Part shown: in pieces, positions 21,553-33,038 of the stretch
How the letters are laid out: every line of letters begins with the position of its first letter
Numbering within the stretch: position 1 is the first letter of the stretch
Assembly: GCA_036679645.1 (NCBI GenBank)
Contig: JAZDCY010000098.1
Coordinates: 28,426-92,425 of the forward strand
Origin: Gemmatimonadota bacterium
GTDB taxonomy: Bacteria > Gemmatimonadota > Gemmatimonadetes > Gemmatimonadales > GWC2-71-9
DNA length: 64,000 nt
Reading direction: 5' to 3'
Notes under the pieces: generated by a model
The model's database searches: none
Told to the model about the DNA's origin: nothing
The model's input: only the letters and a program-made list of their open reading frames with translations
Position numbers and translations under genes: made by a program

Positions 21553-24500
21553 TGCTCAAGAAGCTGGCTGCAACGGTGTTCGGCACGCGCTTCGACCGAG
21601 AAACGAAGCGCATCCAGCCGCTCATTGACGAGATACATGCGCACGAGGAACGGCTGGCGACGGTGCCGGACGAGGAGATCAAGGCGCAGACGGAGAAGCT
21701 GCGCGGGCTGTTACGCGAGCGGGTCGGCGCGCTACAGGACGAGGTCGAGGCGGTGCGTACCGAGAAACACGCGTGTGCCGATCCCGCCAAACGCGAGGAA
21801 TTGGAAGAGCAGGTCCACCGGCTCGAGGAGCGACTCAACGAGGATACGGGGGAAGCCCTCGGCGCCCTGTTGCCCGAAGCATTTGCCACGGTGCGAGAAG
21901 CCTGCCGCCGTCTCATGGGGTCGAAGGTCGTGGTGACGGCGCACGCACTCGAGTGGGACATGGTGCCCTACGATGTCCAACTCATAGGCGGGATCGTGTT
22001 GCACCAGGGCAAGATTGCCGAGATGGCCACCGGCGAGGGGAAGACGCTCGTCGCGACCCTGCCCATCTACCTCAATGCGCTCACGGGACGTGGTGTGCAC
22101 CTCGTCACTGTGAACGACTACCTGGCTCGCCGGGACTCCCAGTGGATGGGACATCTCTACAGCTTCCTCGGCCTCACCGTGGGTTGCCTCGACGACACTC
22201 AGCCGTCGACCGAAGAGCGCCGCCAGGCGTACCACTGCGACGTCACCTACGGGACCAACAACGAATTCGGTTTCGACTACCTGCGTGACAACATGGTCTT
22301 CTCGCAGGAACAACGGGTGCAGCGTCCGCATGCCTACGCGATAATCGATGAGGTCGACTCGATTCTGGTCGACGAGGCGCGCACGCCACTCATCATATCG
22401 GGTCCGGTCGGGAACGAGGAAGACAAGAAGTACGCACAGTTCAACACTGAGGTGGAGCGTCTGGCCCGCAAGCAGCTGGCGGTAGTGAACCGTCTGGTCG
22501 CCGATGGGGGGCGCATGCTGGCTGACGATCCCGACAGCTATGAGGGCGCGACGGCTCTCTACAAAGCGCAAAAAGGGGGTCCCAAGAACAAGCAGCTGAT
22601 GAAGCTCCTGCAGGAGCCGCGGTTGCAGCAGTTCGTTCAAAAGATCGACCTCGACGCGATCGCCGATCGTAAGCTCCCGGCCAAAGACCAGAAACTACGC
22701 GACATCGAAGAAGACCTGTTCTACGTGCTCGACGAGAAGGGGCACTCCGTACACCTAACGGACCAGGGCGTCGAAGCAATGAGCCCTGATGACCCAGATC
22801 TCTTCTTGGTGCCCGACATTTCGGAGGAGGTGGGGCGTATCGAGCACGACGATGCGCTCACCGCCGAAGAGAAGATCGAACGGCGACGTCAGCTGGAGGC
22901 TGAGTACGCGCAGAAGAGTGAGAAACTGCACATCATTCACAAGCTGCTGCAGGGGCACGCGCTCTACGAGAAGGACGTCGAGTACCTCGTGCAGGATGGG
23001 CAGGTCTTCATCGTCGATGAGTTTACCGGCCGGATCATGGTGGGCCGGCGTTGGTCCGATGGACTGCACCAGGCCATCGAGGCCAAGGAAGGAGTGACGG
23101 TACGCGGCGAGACGCAAACGCTCGCGACCATCACCATTCAGAACTACTTCCGGATGTACGACAAGCTGGCCGGCATGACGGGTACCGCCGAGACCGAGGA
23201 GACGGAGTTCTTCCAGATCTACGGTCTCGAGGTCGTCGTGATCCCGACGAACCGACCGGTCCGGCGCGTCGACGATCACGACCTGATCTACCGGACCCGT
23301 CGCGAGAAGTACAACGCAATCGTCGAGGAGGTCCATCGCCGGCATCAGCAGGGATTGCCGGTGCTCGTGGGGACGGTAAACGTGGAGATCTCGGAGACGC
23401 TGAGCCGGATGCTCAAACGACGCGGGATCCGGCACGAAGTCCTGAATGCCAAACAGCACCAGCGGGAAGCGGAAATCATATTACAGGCGGGTCGCGCCGG
23501 ATCGGTCACGATCGCCACCAACATGGCGGGTCGCGGAACGGACATCAAACTTGGCCCGAACGTCACACAGTGCGCCGTGTGCGGTGTGAAGGGAAAGGGT
23601 CTGGCCCCGTTCGGACAGCAAGTCGAGGAGCCCGATCTGTCGGCCGCCGAGATTCAGAGCCGCAAGTGCAATGAAGAGCCGCCGTGCGGGTTGGTGATCA
23701 TCGGGACGGAGCGGCATGAGTCCCGCCGCATCGATCGACAGTTGCGGGGCCGTTCCGGTCGCCAGGGTGACCCGGGCCAGAGCGTGTTCTTCCTTTCGCT
23801 CGAAGATGATCTCATGCGGCTGTTCATTAGCGAGCGGGTCGCGCGGTGGATGGAAAAATCCGGGGTCGAAGAGGACGAAGTCATCACGCATCCGCTCGTC
23901 ACACGGGCAATCGAGAACGCTCAGAAGAAGGTCGAGATCCGGAACTTCGAGGCACGGAAGCGTCTCCTCGAGTACGACGATGTGATGAACCAGCAGCGCG
24001 AGGTCGTGTACTCCTTGCGGCTGTTTGCGCTGGAGGGCGGAGAGGAGCTCAAGGCGGAGGCCGTCCGGATGATCCACAGCGCGCTGGAGGGGTACGCCGG
24101 CGAGATCACCGCAGATGATCCAGAGGCGTGGGATCGCAAGCTCATGGGCACAGAGATCCTCATGCGCTTCATGCTCTCGCTGCCCGACCTGCAGGACGCC
24201 GACCGCACTCCGGACGCCGCGGAAGTCTCAGATCAACTCAAGGGGGCCGGTGAGGCGGCGTTTCACACCAAACTCGCCGCCTGGGGGGAAGTTGGGAAAA
24301 CCAACGGCGTCGAGGATCTCGCGGGACGGTTGCTGTCACACGTCTTGCAGCAGGTACTGGACGAGAAGTGGAAGGACCACCTCTACGATCTCGATCAGCT
24401 CCGCAACGCCATCCAGTACCGTGCCTGGGGGCAGAAGGACCCGCTCGTCGAGTACAAGCAGGAGGCCTTCGACATGTTCGTGGACCTCATGACCGACATC

Positions 24501-24821
24501 CGGCGGACCTTCACCGAACGGTTGCTGAAGTTCCAGGTACAGTTCACCGGTGGCGCACCCACCCGTCCAATGCGGCGGCCTGTCCCGGTGGCGGTCGCGA
24601 CACACCCTTCGAGTGATGCCGATCTCATGATGGCGGGGGCCCAACCAGGTGCCGCGAGGGCGCTGGCACCCGCAACGACCACCTCGGCAGCAGGCGCGGG
24701 TGGCCCGGAGCCGGCACGGCCCATTCAGCGCAGTGTGGCCAAGGTGGGCCGCAACGACCCGTGCCCCTGCGGCAGCGGCAGGAAATACAAGAAGTGCCAC
24801 GGGGCGTCGGCGTCGGCGTAG
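21552..24821 (+). CDS. secA: Preprotein translocase ATPase SecA
   Basis: [56 protein letters not shown]. Confidence 0.99.
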   Translation: MLKKLAATVFGTRFDRETKRIQPLIDEIHAHEERLATVPDEEIKAQTEKLRGLLRERVGALQDEVEAVRTEKHACADPAKREELEEQVHRLEERLNEDTGEALGALLPEAFATVREACRRLMGSKVVVTAHALEWDMVPYDVQLIGGIVLHQGKIAEMATGEGKTLVATLPIYLNALTGRGVHLVTVNDYLARRDSQWMGHLYSFLGLTVGCLDDTQPSTEERRQAYHCDVTYGTNNEFGFDYLRDNMVFSQEQRVQRPHAYAIIDEVDSILVDEARTPLIISGPVGNEEDKKYAQFNTEVERLARKQLAVVNRLVADGGRMLADDPDSYEGATALYKAQKGGPKNKQLMKLLQEPRLQQFVQKIDLDAIADRKLPAKDQKLRDIEEDLFYVLDEKGHSVHLTDQGVEAMSPDDPDLFLVPDISEEVGRIEHDDALTAEEKIERRRQLEAEYAQKSEKLHIIHKLLQGHALYEKDVEYLVQDGQVFIVDEFTGRIMVGRRWSDGLHQAIEAKEGVTVRGETQTLATITIQNYFRMYDKLAGMTGTAETEETEFFQIYGLEVVVIPTNRPVRRVDDHDLIYRTRREKYNAIVEEVHRRHQQGLPVLVGTVNVEISETLSRMLKRRGIRHEVLNAKQHQREAEIILQAGRAGSVTIATNMAGRGTDIKLGPNVTQCAVCGVKGKGLAPFGQQVEEPDLSAAEIQSRKCNEEPPCGLVIIGTERHESRRIDRQLRGRSGRQGDPGQSVFFLSLEDDLMRLFISERVARWMEKSGVEEDEVITHPLVTRAIENAQKKVEIRNFEARKRLLEYDDVMNQQREVVYSLRLFALEGGEELKAEAVRMIHSALEGYAGEITADDPEAWDRKLMGTEILMRFMLSLPDLQDADRTPDAAEVSDQLKGAGEAAFHTKLAAWGEVGKTNGVEDLAGRLLSHVLQQVLDEKWKDHLYDLDQLRNAIQYRAWGQKDPLVEYKQEAFDMFVDLMTDIRRTFTERLLKFQVQFTGGAPTRPMRRPVPVAVATHPSSDADLMMAGAQPGAARALAPATTTSAAGAGGPEPARPIQRSVAKVGRNDPCPCGSGRKYKKCHGASASA

Positions 24822-24914
24822 GGGCGCACGTCGCGTCCCGTTTCCGTACTTCCGATACCCGGCGCACGTTTTTGGCTAGGTAGACACCGGCCGGCCCAGA
24901 CATCGTATGTCGCG

Positions 24915-25601
24915 ATGTCAGAACACCCCTTTGCGGCCCTCCGCGTACGTGAGCGCCCGCGCGAACGGCTCCGTTCGCTCGGGCCGGGTGCGTTGACGGT
25001 GGTCGAGCTCATCGCCATTCTCCTAGGTACGGGGACATCGCGTCGCCATGTACTGGAGGTAGCGGCCGAGCTGTTCGCCAGTGCTGGGGGTTCGCTGCGT
25101 GCGTTGGCGCGCCGGCCCGCTGGAGCGGTGGCGGACACCGACGGGGTGGGCAACGCCAAGGCCGCCCGGATCGCAGCGGCGCTCGAGCTGGCGCGTCGCA
25201 TGGCCTGCGAGCCGATCGAGCGCGAGCGTGTAGTGCGGTCGCCGTCGGACGTGTCTCGCTGGTGTGGACCGGCACTGTGTGACCTCGTGGTCGAGGAGTT
25301 TCGGCTCCTGACGCTCGATGCGCAAAACCGCATCACACGCGAGTTGCTGATCACGCGCGGCATTCTGAACAGCTCGCTGGTGCATCCGCGGGAGGTGTTC
25401 CGGGCCGCGATCGCGGAGGCGGCGGCCGGGATCATCGTGCTGCACAACCACCCGAGTGGGAACCCCGCGCCGTCGAGTGACGATCGTGCCGTTACCCGCC
25501 AGCTCGTGGAGGCAGGGCGCCTTCTGGATCTCCCGGTGTACGATCATGTGATCGTTGCGGGCAATCGCTACTTCAGTTTCGCCGAGGCCGGATTGCTGTG
25601 A
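24915..25601 (+). CDS. radC: RadC/JAB-domain protein (full-length HhH + JAB)
   Basis: ERPRERL, ELIAILLGTG, VHPREVF, HNHPSG..PS..D. Confidence 0.92.
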   Translation: MSEHPFAALRVRERPRERLRSLGPGALTVVELIAILLGTGTSRRHVLEVAAELFASAGGSLRALARRPAGAVADTDGVGNAKAARIAAALELARRMACEPIERERVVRSPSDVSRWCGPALCDLVVEEFRLLTLDAQNRITRELLITRGILNSSLVHPREVFRAAIAEAAAGIIVLHNHPSGNPAPSSDDRAVTRQLVEAGRLLDLPVYDHVIVAGNRYFSFAEAGLL

Positions 25602-27772
25602 CCACTGCTATTGCCGCGTTGGACGCCGCCTTTGCTCAGGCGTTGGAGGAACGCAAGGACCGGCTCGCAATCGACCGGATCGTCCAGGCGTTCATGTTCA
25701 GCGCCCAGGCGCATCAGGGCCAGAAGCGGAGATCGGGTGAGGACTTCGTGTCCCATTCGGTGGCCGTGGCGCGCATTCTGGTCGAGCTCCAGATGGATAC
25801 GACCACCATCGTCGCCGCTCTGCTGCACGATGTGGTGGAGGATGCGGACGTCTCGGTTGGGGAGATCCGGGACGCGTTCGGTGACGAGGTGGCGGCGATC
25901 GTCGATGGGCTGACGAAGCTCTCGAGCCTGACGTTCCGCTCGAGCACAGAGGAGCAGGTGGAGAACTATCGGAAGTTGCTCCTGTCGGTGGCCCGGGACG
26001 CGCGCGTAATCATCGTGAAGCTGGCGGATCGGCTGCACAACATGCGCACGCTCGAGCACCTGCCGCCGGAGAAGCAGAGCCGCATTGCCCAGGAGACGCA
26101 TGAGATCTACGCGCCGCTCGCCCACAGATTCGGGATGGCGGGGGTCAAGGCGGAACTCGAAGATCTGGCATTCCGGTTCCTGGAGGAGGAGGAGTACAAC
26201 GCGCTCGCGGCGAAGGTGCAGGCGGAGCGTGCCGAGCGGGAGGAGATGATCGAGCGCTTATGCCGACCGCTCGAGGAGGAGTTTACCCGAGCCGGGATCT
26301 CCGACTTCGAGCTGACCGGGAGATCCAAGCATCTCTGGTCGATCTACAAGAAGATCAAAGGCCGGAACAAGGCCTTTGAAGAGATCTATGACCTGATGGC
26401 GATACGAGTACTGGTGGAGTCAGTGCGTGACTGCTACCACGCACTCGGCATCATCCACCATCGGTGGACCCCACTCCAGGAACGCATCAAGGACTACATA
26501 GCCTCCCCCAAATCCAACGCGTATCAGTCGCTCCACACCACGATCTTCGGGCCGGGCGGACAGCTCTACGAAATCCAGATCCGCACGCGCGAGATGCATC
26601 GCACGGCGGAGTACGGTATCGCCGCCCACTGGGTGTACAAAGAGGGCCGGCACCCAGACGAACTCGACGAGCACTTCACGTGGTTCCGGCAGCTCATCGA
26701 GCTGCAGCAGGAGACCCACTCGCCCGAGGAGTTTCTCGAGTTTCTCAAGGTCGATCTCTACCAGGACGAGATCTTCGTGTTCACGCCTAAGGGAGACGTC
26801 AAGCGGTTGCCGGCTGGCTCGACGCCCATCGATTTCGCCTTTGCGGTGCATACGGAAGTGGGGTTGCGGTGCCGGGGTGCCAAACTCAACGGGCGAATTG
26901 CTCCGCTGCACCGGCCACTCAAGAACGGTGACACGGTCGAGATCATTAGCGGGCCGCAAGCGCGCCCGAGTCGCGATTGGCTGAACCATGTGCGAACGGG
27001 GCGGGCGCGGCACAAGATCCGACAGTGGGTCAACAAGGAGGATGGAGAGCAGACTCTCGCGCTGGGGAAGGAGATCCTGGGACGGGAACTGCGCCGCCGG
27101 CGCCTGGATCCTCCGCCGCAGGCCGCCTTTGCCGCCGCGGCCGACGCGCTCTCAGTTGGATCGGCCGAAGGCCTGTACCAGGCCCTCGGGCGCGGCGACG
27201 TCCCGACCGGCGCGGTCCTCAAGGCACTGTTTCCCGAGCGGCCGGCCAGCGAACTCCAGGCGCCAAAACCAACCACCGCGTTTGGACGCGTCATCGACCG
27301 CTTCCGGCTCCGTAAGGGTGTCCGGGTCCAAGGGGTCGGAGGGATCGTCATTCGGTACGCCCAGTGTTGTCAGCCGGTTCCGGGCGACCCTGTCGTCGGG
27401 TTCGTGACGCGCGGGCGCGGGATCTCCATTCATCGGGCTGACTGTCCCAACCTGCTCACCATGCCGGCCGATGCCGATCGCCGAGTCGATATCGACTGGC
27501 ACACGGTGGAAGGCGAGGTGTTCATCGTGACGCTGGCCGTGGTGGGTGAGGATCGGCGCGGTCTGTACGCGGACCTGATGGAAACGGTGTCGCACACCGG
27601 TACGAACATCAAGAGCGCAGAGCTGTCGAGCAAAGACGGTGCAATGTTCGGCTCGGTGGTAATCGAGGTAGAGCACAGCGCTCACCTGTCGAAGGTGATG
27701 CGAGCAATGCGGCGCGTGAAAGGTGTGAACGTGGTCGAGCGGCGCGAGGCGAGCGCCGATACGCCGTCCTAG
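25598..27772 (+). CDS. rel: Bifunctional (p)ppGpp synthetase/hydrolase (long RSH)
   Basis: HD hydrolase (LLHDVVED, KLADRLHNMRT), YQSLHT synthetase, TGS (VFTPKG, FAFAVHT), CC and ACT domains. Confidence 0.95.
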   Translation: MTTAIAALDAAFAQALEERKDRLAIDRIVQAFMFSAQAHQGQKRRSGEDFVSHSVAVARILVELQMDTTTIVAALLHDVVEDADVSVGEIRDAFGDEVAAIVDGLTKLSSLTFRSSTEEQVENYRKLLLSVARDARVIIVKLADRLHNMRTLEHLPPEKQSRIAQETHEIYAPLAHRFGMAGVKAELEDLAFRFLEEEEYNALAAKVQAERAEREEMIERLCRPLEEEFTRAGISDFELTGRSKHLWSIYKKIKGRNKAFEEIYDLMAIRVLVESVRDCYHALGIIHHRWTPLQERIKDYIASPKSNAYQSLHTTIFGPGGQLYEIQIRTREMHRTAEYGIAAHWVYKEGRHPDELDEHFTWFRQLIELQQETHSPEEFLEFLKVDLYQDEIFVFTPKGDVKRLPAGSTPIDFAFAVHTEVGLRCRGAKLNGRIAPLHRPLKNGDTVEIISGPQARPSRDWLNHVRTGRARHKIRQWVNKEDGEQTLALGKEILGRELRRRRLDPPPQAAFAAAADALSVGSAEGLYQALGRGDVPTGAVLKALFPERPASELQAPKPTTAFGRVIDRFRLRKGVRVQGVGGIVIRYAQCCQPVPGDPVVGFVTRGRGISIHRADCPNLLTMPADADRRVDIDWHTVEGEVFIVTLAVVGEDRRGLYADLMETVSHTGTNIKSAELSSKDGAMFGSVVIEVEHSAHLSKVMRAMRRVKGVNVVERREASADTPS

Positions 27773-27775
27773 GCC

Positions 27776-29830
27776 GTGGCGGGATTCGAACTCGAGCTGC
27801 CGTTCGAGCTGGCAGGTGACCAGCCAAGAGCGATCCGGCAGATCAACGCGGGATTCCGCGAAGACCTGAAGTACCAGACGCTATTGGGCGTCACGGGGTC
27901 GGGCAAGACGGTGACAATGGCGCACGCGATCGCGTCGTACGGGCGTCCGGCTCTTGTCTTGTCTCACAACAAGACTCTTGCAGCACAACTCTATGGCGAA
28001 CTCAAGTCGTTCTTCCCGCGCAATGCGGTGGAGTACTTCGTCTCCTACTACGACTACTACCAACCCGAAGCGTACGTCGCGGCGACCGATACCTACATTG
28101 CCAAGGACGCGTCCATCAACGATGACATCGAGGCGCTGCGGCTGCGCGCGACAGCCAGCCTCATGGAGCGCGACGACGTGCTGATCGTGGCGACGGTGAG
28201 CGCCATCTACGGGTTAGGAGATCCGGTCGAGTATCGGGAACTTCTAGTTACCATCGGAGTGGGCGACGAGCGCCCGCGGGACGATTTTCTCGCAGATCTG
28301 GTTCGCGTCCAATACCGCCGGAACGATGTGAGCCTCGAGCGGAGCATGTTCCGGGTCCGCGGCGATACGGTAGAGATCTTTCCCGCCTATGACGAGCAGG
28401 CCGTCCGGATCGAGTTCTGCGGCGACGAGGTCGAGCGGATCACGAAGATCCACCCGCTCACCGGCGAACCGATAGCCACGCTCGACCGGTGTGCCGTGTA
28501 TCCGGCGTCGCACTACGTCGTCCAGCGGCCGACGCTCGAGCGCGCGGTCCGGGCAATCCGGGAAGAGTTGAGCGAACGCCTTGCCGCGCTGAAGCCGGAG
28601 GGCAAGTTGCTAGAAGCCCAGCGACTCGAGTCACGCACCGGGTTCGATATCGACATGATGGTGGAGATAGGGACCTGTGCCGGAATCGAGAACTACTCGC
28701 GACACCTCTCGGGGCGGCGCGAAGGCGAGCGACCGGCATGTCTGCTGGACTACTTCCCGTCGGACTACCTCACCATCGTCGATGAATCGCACGTCACGTT
28801 GCCGCAACTCGGGGGCATGTCCCTGGGCGACCGGTCGCGCAAGCTCACGCTCGTGGAGCACGGCTTCCGTCTGCCCTCGGCGCTGGATAACCGTCCCCTG
28901 AACTTCGATGAGTTCATGGAGCTTACGCCGCGCATCCTGTTCGTGTCGGCCACACCGGGCGATTTCGAGCCCGAACGGTCGGGTGGCGTCGTAGTAGAAC
29001 AGATCATTCGGCCGACGGGGCTCGTCGATCCGGCGGTCGAGGTACGTCCGGTGAAGGGACAGGTCGACGACCTGCTCGCGCAGATACGTGTCTGCGAAGC
29101 CGCGGGCGATCGCGTACTCGTCACCACGCTGACCAAGCGCATGGCCGAGGATCTCACGGACTACCTGCAGCAGGCGGGTGTCCGCGTGCGGTACATGCAC
29201 TCCGACATCCCTACCATCGAGCGCATGGAAATCGTGCGCGGACTGCGACTTGGCGAATTCGACGTGCTGGTAGGAATCAATCTCCTGCGGGAAGGGTTGG
29301 ACCTGCCGGAGGTCGCGTTGGTCGCGATCCTGGACGCGGACCAAGAAGGCTTTCTGCGGTCTGACAAGTCGTTGATCCAAACCGTCGGGCGTGCCGCACG
29401 GCACGAGCGCGGGAGGGCCGTCCTGTATGCGGATCGGATGACCGGGTCAATGGAGCGTGCGCTGGCGGAGATGACGCGTAGGCGCAACGTGCAACAGGCC
29501 CACAACGCCAAGCACGGGATCACGCCGACCTCGATCCACAAGTCGGTGCAAGAGGTCCGCTTCGTGACTAGGGTCGCGGACGTGCGGGAACGGGCCGACA
29601 AGCCGGCTCCGGCGGAGGAACCGGAACACCTGGATAGCGGGCAGCTGATCGAGGTGCTCGAGCAGCAGATGCGCGAGGCCGCGGCGGATCTGGATTTTGA
29701 GCGTGCGGCCCAACTGCGCGACCAGGTCTTCGAGTTGAAGGCGTCGACCGACCCGGTCCGGCGTGCACCTGCGGGCGTCGATGGAAAGGGCCGACGGGGG
29801 CGGTCGCGAGGCCGTGCACGGCGCCGCTGA
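27776..29830 (+). CDS. uvrB: Excinuclease ABC subunit B
   Basis: [42 protein letters not shown]. Confidence 0.98.
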   Translation: MAGFELELPFELAGDQPRAIRQINAGFREDLKYQTLLGVTGSGKTVTMAHAIASYGRPALVLSHNKTLAAQLYGELKSFFPRNAVEYFVSYYDYYQPEAYVAATDTYIAKDASINDDIEALRLRATASLMERDDVLIVATVSAIYGLGDPVEYRELLVTIGVGDERPRDDFLADLVRVQYRRNDVSLERSMFRVRGDTVEIFPAYDEQAVRIEFCGDEVERITKIHPLTGEPIATLDRCAVYPASHYVVQRPTLERAVRAIREELSERLAALKPEGKLLEAQRLESRTGFDIDMMVEIGTCAGIENYSRHLSGRREGERPACLLDYFPSDYLTIVDESHVTLPQLGGMSLGDRSRKLTLVEHGFRLPSALDNRPLNFDEFMELTPRILFVSATPGDFEPERSGGVVVEQIIRPTGLVDPAVEVRPVKGQVDDLLAQIRVCEAAGDRVLVTTLTKRMAEDLTDYLQQAGVRVRYMHSDIPTIERMEIVRGLRLGEFDVLVGINLLREGLDLPEVALVAILDADQEGFLRSDKSLIQTVGRAARHERGRAVLYADRMTGSMERALAEMTRRRNVQQAHNAKHGITPTSIHKSVQEVRFVTRVADVRERADKPAPAEEPEHLDSGQLIEVLEQQMREAAADLDFERAAQLRDQVFELKASTDPVRRAPAGVDGKGRRGRSRGRARRR

Positions 29831-30236
29831 CACGACCGTCGAGCTGGCCGAGGTTCCGGCTGTGGCTCACCGGCTGTGGGACGACGTGCCCGCCGGTGGT
29901 GTCGTCTGGCTGTCGGGCGAGATTGGGGTGGGGAAGACGACGCTGGTGCGGGAACTGGCTCGAGTGAGTGAGGGGACGGCGGCGCGCAGCCCCACGTACG
30001 CGTTGGTGCACGAGTACACGTCACCGCACGGCCTCCTCGTGCACGTCGATTGCTACCGCCTGCGCCAACCCGATGAGGCCATCGACATCGATTTTGGCGG
30101 CCTTCTAAGGCGTGCGCGGCTACTCGTGATCGAGTGGCCCGAGCGCGGGGGCGCCCATGTGCCGCACCCAGATGTACACATCCGGCTCCATCATGTCGAC
30201 GACCCAACGCGCCGCCGTATCGAGCGCGTGCAATGA
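29814..30236 (+). CDS. tsaE: t6A biosynthesis ATPase TsaE (start uncertain)
   Basis: [34 protein letters not shown]. Confidence 0.9.
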   Translation: MHGAADTTVELAEVPAVAHRLWDDVPAGGVVWLSGEIGVGKTTLVRELARVSEGTAARSPTYALVHEYTSPHGLLVHVDCYRLRQPDEAIDIDFGGLLRRARLLVIEWPERGGAHVPHPDVHIRLHHVDDPTRRRIERVQ

Positions 30237-30967
30237 CGCTTACGCTCGCTATCGACACGGCCACCGACACCATGGTTGCGGCACTCGGCGATGCCCGGGG
30301 CGTGCGTGCCGAGATGGCGCTCAGAAGACGTCGGCATGCGGCATCACTCGTTCCGGCCATTGTGGAGTTGTGCCGCAGCGCGGGCGTATCGCTCGCAGAT
30401 GTCACCGATATCATCGTGGCGGACGGGCCCGGAAGTTTCACCGGACTTCGCATCGGGCTGGCGACCGCGCAGGGGTTGGTCCGGGCGCGCGAGGCAATCA
30501 CCCTCTGGAAGGTCCCGTCACTCCTCGTGACAGCCCGCGTGGGGAGCGCGTTTGTCGACGGTCCGGTCGCCGCACTCTACAATGCGCTACGGGGCGATGT
30601 CTATGGTGCGGTGTATCGGTTTGGGAGGGAGGGGGACAGGTTGGACACGCTGCTGGCCCCCACGTTGGGCACGCTCTCCTCTCTCGCCGACGCCGTGGGG
30701 GACGTCCCGGCCGTCGCGCTGGGGGATGGGGCCGTTGCGTACGCAGACGAGGTGGTCGCGTGGACCGGTCGTGCCCCCGTCGGCCCACCGCACGCCTCGC
30801 CCAATGGCGCGGCCCTCTTGTCGCTCGCGACGGTGCCGGGTGCGCTCATTCGGGTCGCCGATCCGACGGCGTTCGAGCTTACCTACGGCAGACCTGCCGA
30901 GGCCCAGGCTCAGTGGGAGAAAGCGCACGGTCGATCCCTACCGGATTCGCCAGGCCGGTTCCGGTGA
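30233..30967 (+). CDS. tsaB: t6A biosynthesis protein TsaB
   Basis: LAIDTAT, H...L.PAI, GPGSFTGLRIG. Confidence 0.92.
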   Translation: MTLTLAIDTATDTMVAALGDARGVRAEMALRRRRHAASLVPAIVELCRSAGVSLADVTDIIVADGPGSFTGLRIGLATAQGLVRAREAITLWKVPSLLVTARVGSAFVDGPVAALYNALRGDVYGAVYRFGREGDRLDTLLAPTLGTLSSLADAVGDVPAVALGDGAVAYADEVVAWTGRAPVGPPHASPNGAALLSLATVPGALIRVADPTAFELTYGRPAEAQAQWEKAHGRSLPDSPGRFR

Positions 30968-31028
30968 TACCGTCGCGGCCGGGAAATTGTCGGGATCTCG
31001 GCCGACGATGCGGTGTCGTATTTGGTGA
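30927..31028 (+). pseudogene. Possible remnant of an overlapping rimI-like acetyltransferase gene
   Basis: GGGAGA SD-like + ACG, then VDPYRIRQAGSGD (GNAT-like IR.A...D start) overlapping the tsaB end, then an early stop; tsaB-rimI adjacency is common. Confidence 0.35.
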
Positions 31029-31134
31029 AGCGTAGTTCGGGCGATGTGATGCGCGCATTTGGTTGACGTCTTTGGCGCGCGTCGCGTACGTTGTATTCCG
31101 TCCGGGTTCCATCCTGCCTACTTCGGAGGTCGTT

Positions 31135-31620
31135 GTGAGTCGCAGTCTGAACAGGATCATGTTGATCGGGAACCTCGGTGCGGATCCCGAGGTGCGAAGC
31201 ACGGCAAACGGGTCGCGCGTGGCGACGTTGTCGGTGGCGACGAGCCGCCAGTGGACGAATCAGGCGGGCGAGCGCCAGGAGAAGACCGAGTGGCATCGCG
31301 TGGTGTTGTGGAACAATCGCGGTACGCAGCTCGCGGACATCGCAGAGAAGTACATGTCGAAGGGCGACCGGATCTACGTAGAGGGCCGCATCGAGTACCG
31401 CACGTGGGAGGACCGCGAGGGCAAGACGCGGTACACCACAGAGGTCTCGGCTCGGGAGGTCATCATGTTGTCGCCGCGCGGTGCGGCGCTCGATGATCCG
31501 GACGCACCGACGGAGACGGCACCCCAGACAGCCCAGCCGGCTGTGGCGGAGTCGAAGAACGAATCCTACGAGGATTTCCCCGAGACGCTGGATGAGGAGG
31601 AGGACGACCTCCCGTTCTGA
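31135..31620 (+). CDS. ssb: Single-stranded DNA-binding protein
   Basis: GGAGG + GTG; SLNR.MLIGNLG.DPE, TEWHRVV, C-terminal EDDLPF. Confidence 0.97.
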   Translation: MSRSLNRIMLIGNLGADPEVRSTANGSRVATLSVATSRQWTNQAGERQEKTEWHRVVLWNNRGTQLADIAEKYMSKGDRIYVEGRIEYRTWEDREGKTRYTTEVSAREVIMLSPRGAALDDPDAPTETAPQTAQPAVAESKNESYEDFPETLDEEEDDLPF

Positions 31621-31631
31621 ACGGTGCGCGC

Positions 31632-31660
31632 TGTAGGGGCGCACGGCGTGCGCCCCTACA
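31632..31660. repeat. GTAG-type REP-like palindrome
   Basis: TGTAGGGGCGCACG-G-CGTGCGCCCCTACA, perfect 14-bp arms; GTAGGGGCGCACG recurs at 24818-24830. Confidence 0.7.
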
Positions 31661-31850
31661 CGCGCGCATCTGGGTCGGCGTTATCCTGACCCCACCCGTG
31701 CGAGCCGGGAGCCACCTTGTGTACGGCTTGAGGCGAACCCGGCTATGGCGTTGATTCACAGGGACTTATATATTGTGGGCCGGCTGACGATCCTTATGAG
31801 TGCCTTGGTGGCTCGGGGACGGGTCGCCGCAGACGTTGAGAGGTAAGTCT

Positions 31851-33008
31851 ATGCCGCGCAAGAACTTTCGTTTGCACATCGCGTTCCTTGGCCTAGCGCT
31901 GGTCGCGGCGGTGCCGCGGACTGCCCCGGCCCAGGACTCCCTGCAAGTAGCCGGGCAAGAGCAGGTACACATCGTCCAGGTTGGGGAAACTCTCTGGGAG
32001 CTGGCGCGCCTGTACATGGGCGATCCATTTCTCTGGCCTGAGATCTACCGGATCAACACGATGGTCGTGGAAGATCCGCACTGGATCTTCCCCGGCGAGG
32101 AACTGCGCCTGGTTCCGGCGGACGAGACGGTGGTAGCTGTGGCACCGCCCGAGGGTGAGGTCCCGGAGACCGAGCAGGGTCTCGAGCGGCCGGTCGAGCC
32201 GGTCGTCGTTGCGCCTCCCCCGCCTCCGCCGCCCCCACCGGTGCAGCAGGATGCCCCGACAGTGTTCGTCGAGCGCCAGTCTGCGGCCGCACGTGCAATT
32301 CGTGTTGGGCTGACCTCGTCGTACCGCGCGGTGCGACGCGGCGATTTCTACTCGGCCGGTTTCTTGACCGAGGGCGATGATCTACCGTGGGCGGACGTCC
32401 GGGGCAACGTAGAGCCCGGATCGGCCGGTGGTCCGTTTGGGACCGCACCCGCAATGCTCCACGGACGGATTGGGGTTCGGGCGCCGAGCGGCGCGACCTA
32501 TCACGTCGGCGATACGCTGTTAATCGCGGTGCTGCCGCGTGATGTCCCGGGTTGGGGACGGGTGGTACTCCCCACCGGTCTAGCCCGCGTGACCTACGCG
32601 GCCGGCCGGGATATCGAGGCCGAGATCGTGAGCCAGTTCTCGCGTATCTCGAGCGGTCAGGTGGCGATGCCGGTCGAGCCGTTCCGGAGCACCGGTTCCG
32701 CTCGCCCGCAGCCGGTGCAGGAGGGCTTGTCTGCGCAGATCGTCGCCCTTCGCGACCTGCACCCTCTACCGAATCAACAGAACGTCATCTTCATAGATCG
32801 GGGACGTCAGGACGGCGTTATTCCCGGGGACATCTTCGAGGTCATCAGGCCGTCAAATGGTATGGGCGATCGGACTCCGGACCGCGTGGCGACGATTCAG
32901 ATCGTCCACGTGCGGGAGCGGTCATCTTCCGGCATGGTGCTGCAGATCGTCCGCACGGGAGTGCGGGATGGTGCGCCGGTGCGGCTGATCGCAAAGATGC
33001 CCTCGTAG
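31851..33008 (+). CDS. Exported LysM protein with C-terminal beta domain (TsaP-like)
   Basis: Signal peptide ending APA-Q; LysM HIVQ.GETLW.LA..Y.GDPFLWPEIY..N...DPHWIFPG; Pro-rich linker; IFIDRGRQDGV.PG motif. Confidence 0.75.
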   Translation: MPRKNFRLHIAFLGLALVAAVPRTAPAQDSLQVAGQEQVHIVQVGETLWELARLYMGDPFLWPEIYRINTMVVEDPHWIFPGEELRLVPADETVVAVAPPEGEVPETEQGLERPVEPVVVAPPPPPPPPPVQQDAPTVFVERQSAAARAIRVGLTSSYRAVRRGDFYSAGFLTEGDDLPWADVRGNVEPGSAGGPFGTAPAMLHGRIGVRAPSGATYHVGDTLLIAVLPRDVPGWGRVVLPTGLARVTYAAGRDIEAEIVSQFSRISSGQVAMPVEPFRSTGSARPQPVQEGLSAQIVALRDLHPLPNQQNVIFIDRGRQDGVIPGDIFEVIRPSNGMGDRTPDRVATIQIVHVRERSSSGMVLQIVRTGVRDGAPVRLIAKMPS

Positions 33009-33038
33009 CGGACGCCGCAAGGAGCGGCGACCACTTAG

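Noticed and set aside
24831..24868. Weak CCG periodicity after secA
   Set aside because: Spacing irregular (6, 8, 7, 7); too degenerate to call an array
24915..25601. RadC/JAB as a mobile or anti-defence gene
   Set aside because: Full-length chromosomal type coupled to rel; no mobile or defence context
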